Of a stretch of 64,000 bases of DNA, positions 61,521 through 64,000 are shown one piece after another. Where the stretch lies: assembly GCA_038087875.1 (NCBI GenBank), contig CM075996.1, positions 4,590,001 to 4,654,000 of the forward strand. The letters run 5' to 3'. The stretch comes from Malacoraja senta (Eukaryota). A model generated the notes under the pieces. That model was given only the letters and a program-made list of their open reading frames with translations. It did not search any database and was not told where the DNA came from. The translations under genes were made by a program, and so were the position numbers. Every line of letters starts with the position of its first letter. Position 1 is the stretch's first letter.

Positions 61521-63227
61521 GTAACTCCATGACTCGATAGAGATAGAGTTGTGTATCTTCAAGACTCCATGACTCGAGAATATCACTTAATAAAAACAAT
61601 TGTATCAATGGGGAAAAGGAGGTTAGGGGCTGGAGAGTTTCAGACTCACATTCACAATGCTATTTTTCTCTGCTGGATTTTCAAAAACAAAGACCGAGCA
61701 TGTGGACTTTGAAAATGGCGCCAAAACCTGGTTACTCTTGTATGCTGTATCTGTGGACTATTACTATACACTTGGTACTATTGGGGATTGAACTTTACTG
61801 CACTGTATGTAAAAAAAAGAATTTCACTGTACCTCTGTACATGTGATAGTAAAGAATCATTGAACCACTGCCTAGAATCAGCACCCCTTTTATGCCAGGG
61901 CTCTTCTTGATGAATTCTGCAAAAGGTTAAATGCAACTTACAAACATGACAGAGGAGAGTGGGCAATCTTAATTGGGAGGTTTATTGTTTACCAGAGATT
62001 GCCACGATCTGAAATATTTATTTCTAGAATAGGTCACACTTGCATGAAAAAAAAATGCTGTAGGAGATACAGCCAGTTCTGGAACAATTTTTCAGTTTAC
62101 ATTATTCATACATGTAATCACACGGGAAAGATGCACACCTACAAATAAGTACATTAATGTAAGACCTCCAGACTGCCTGCAGTTTGCAGATTTCATTGTC
62201 AAAGGTTTCGTTAGGCAATGAGTGTCGAAAGTGAGGTCCAAGAGTACTCTTCAGTTGTAATAGCTTTGGAGCACAGGAGATAATTGGTGTAAGGTGTGCT
62301 GATGTCAGTTTAGTTACACATTCTTTTTATACTTTTATATTTATAATTTATGTGGTATGTTTACATTTATAATGGCAACTAACTGAAAATTTGCCACATT
62401 CTGATTGGCATACTGGAGTGCCTTCATGTAACATTTCACAATAGAAAAAGCTGACAGGAGCTATAAATGTTTAATATTCTCCTATTTAGGCTCTTCAAGA
62501 CAAAATCTATTTACATATGAAAAGTTGAGATGCAGTAATATGTATTTTCTGTGTCTATTAGTCAAGTTTTTCAGCTAGTCTTTTTCCTTAAGCGGGACTG
62601 CAAATTGCATTTTCTTCAGTTTGCCCAGGCCTGCCAGGTTGCCAACCATTTTAACTCCCCTTCCCATTCCCATGTGTTCCGTCATGGGACATCTCCATTG
62701 CCAGAGTGAAGAGTGGGTAGATTACAACCTAACGGTATAAACATTCATTTTTGATAACAACCCCCTGCCCCCCATTCCCCTCTTCCCTACGTCGCACTCA
62801 GGTGCGCAGCCATTTCACCCTCTATCCTGACCATTATTTCCCTTTCCACCACCACCCCTGTCCCTATCCACCTGTATCCCTTCTTCTGGCTTCACAATTC
62901 ACTCCTTCCTTATCTTACATCCATTCGTCTCCTTTTCATCTCTAGCCTTTGTGCACCCATCTGCAATCAACACCCCCCCACCCCCCACCTCTATTCACCT
63001 ATCACTTGCCAGGCTTTGTCCCACCCCCACCTCTTTTTCAGCTTTCTCCCCTACTTCATTCGTTCGGAAGAAGGGTCCTAACCTGAAATGTCACCTATTC
63101 ACGTCCTTTGGAGATGCTGCCCGACCCACTGAGTTACTCAAGCCCTTTATGTAATTTTTACTTTAATGACGATTGTTATTGCAGTCCCATGTTTCACATT
63201 TAATCACCATCTCTTGTTTCCTTTCAG

Positions 63228-63319
63228 AGTCAGCCTATGAGAAAAGAACGAAACAAAAACTTTTCAAGACAAGGACAGTTGCTGTATAGCAATTTAGAAG
63301 CATTTCTTAATGCTTGCAG
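63228..63319 (+). CDS. MEI1: MEI1 exon (last in window)
   Basis: SQPMRKERNKNFSRQGQLLYSNLEAFLNAC (cf. RGKFLLSTLEGFRSACR). Confidence 0.88.
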
Positions 63320-64000
63320 GTACTTCATGTAAAAAAAAATCAGTTGTGATGAACAAGGCCATTTCAATATTATGTTGGGAAATTATCTGACATGATGAGC
63401 ATTTGATGAATCTTGATTTTTACATATGATGGTGACAGTTATAAAGACCTATGCAATGACCAGATGATCGACTTACAGTATGTTAGACATTTAAATGGGA
63501 AATCTTAATATAAAAGCAAAGGCAAAAATAGTCATATTAAGAAATATATTTTATGGATAGGGTGGCACATACTGTGTACATGTTTTTATGTAGTTCTGGC
63601 ATGGTGTCACATGAATAAATAGAATGGAGGGAGAGAAATAGTTAAGAATATGGGAAGAAAATGGGATGAAGAGAAGGAGAATGGAAAAGGAACAATGGGA
63701 GAAAAGTTTAAAGGGGATAGAGATATGGGGAAGCAAGATTATAGGTGGAGTGGAGGGAAACTAAGGAGTGCTGGTGGGTGGGAAGGATTGATAGATAGCA
63801 CTGTGAAGGATATGGGACATGTGGGTTGGTTATGTGTGACATGATCAATGAAATTGCTGCCTGGCACCAAGATCCAGATGTTCCAATAATGGCACCTGAA
63901 ACTGTTAACACACAAAATATACACGTTAGATTATATAATTTTTGTTGACATGATCAAAAATCCAGCATCCTATCATCAGTGCAAGCACTGCTAAAATTGG

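Overview
Repeat-rich vertebrate genomic DNA, most likely from a cartilaginous fish (skate/ray-type CR1/HER1 LINE tails, V-SINEs and Penelope-like remnants; taxon inferred, not proven). Plus-strand genes left of a 200-N gap (39597-39796): the last coding exon of SREBF2, an intact intronless profilin-3-like gene, a six-exon NOL12 with three 1-bp indels (probably consensus errors), and a lone MPRIP-like first exon of TRIOBP. Right of the gap: 11 in-phase internal exons of MEI1, whose 5' exons I cannot find. Mobile DNA includes a decayed full-length Gypsy element in the last SREBF2 intron, hAT and P-like MITEs, a probable Helitron with minisatellites, and Rex1, L2, CR1 and Vingi-like LINEs. A copper amine oxidase pseudogene fragment sits next to a phased CCAAT-box array. 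Most interesting signals: (1) the Gypsy element has no tRNA primer site but a perfect 13-nt self-complementary one, plus a YLDN RT motif; (2) a P-element-like MITE family with a 32-bp remnant shaped like a P excision footprint; (3) minimal hammerhead-ribozyme motifs in Penelope-derived fold-back elements. Protein similarities are from recalled sequences; no searches were run.
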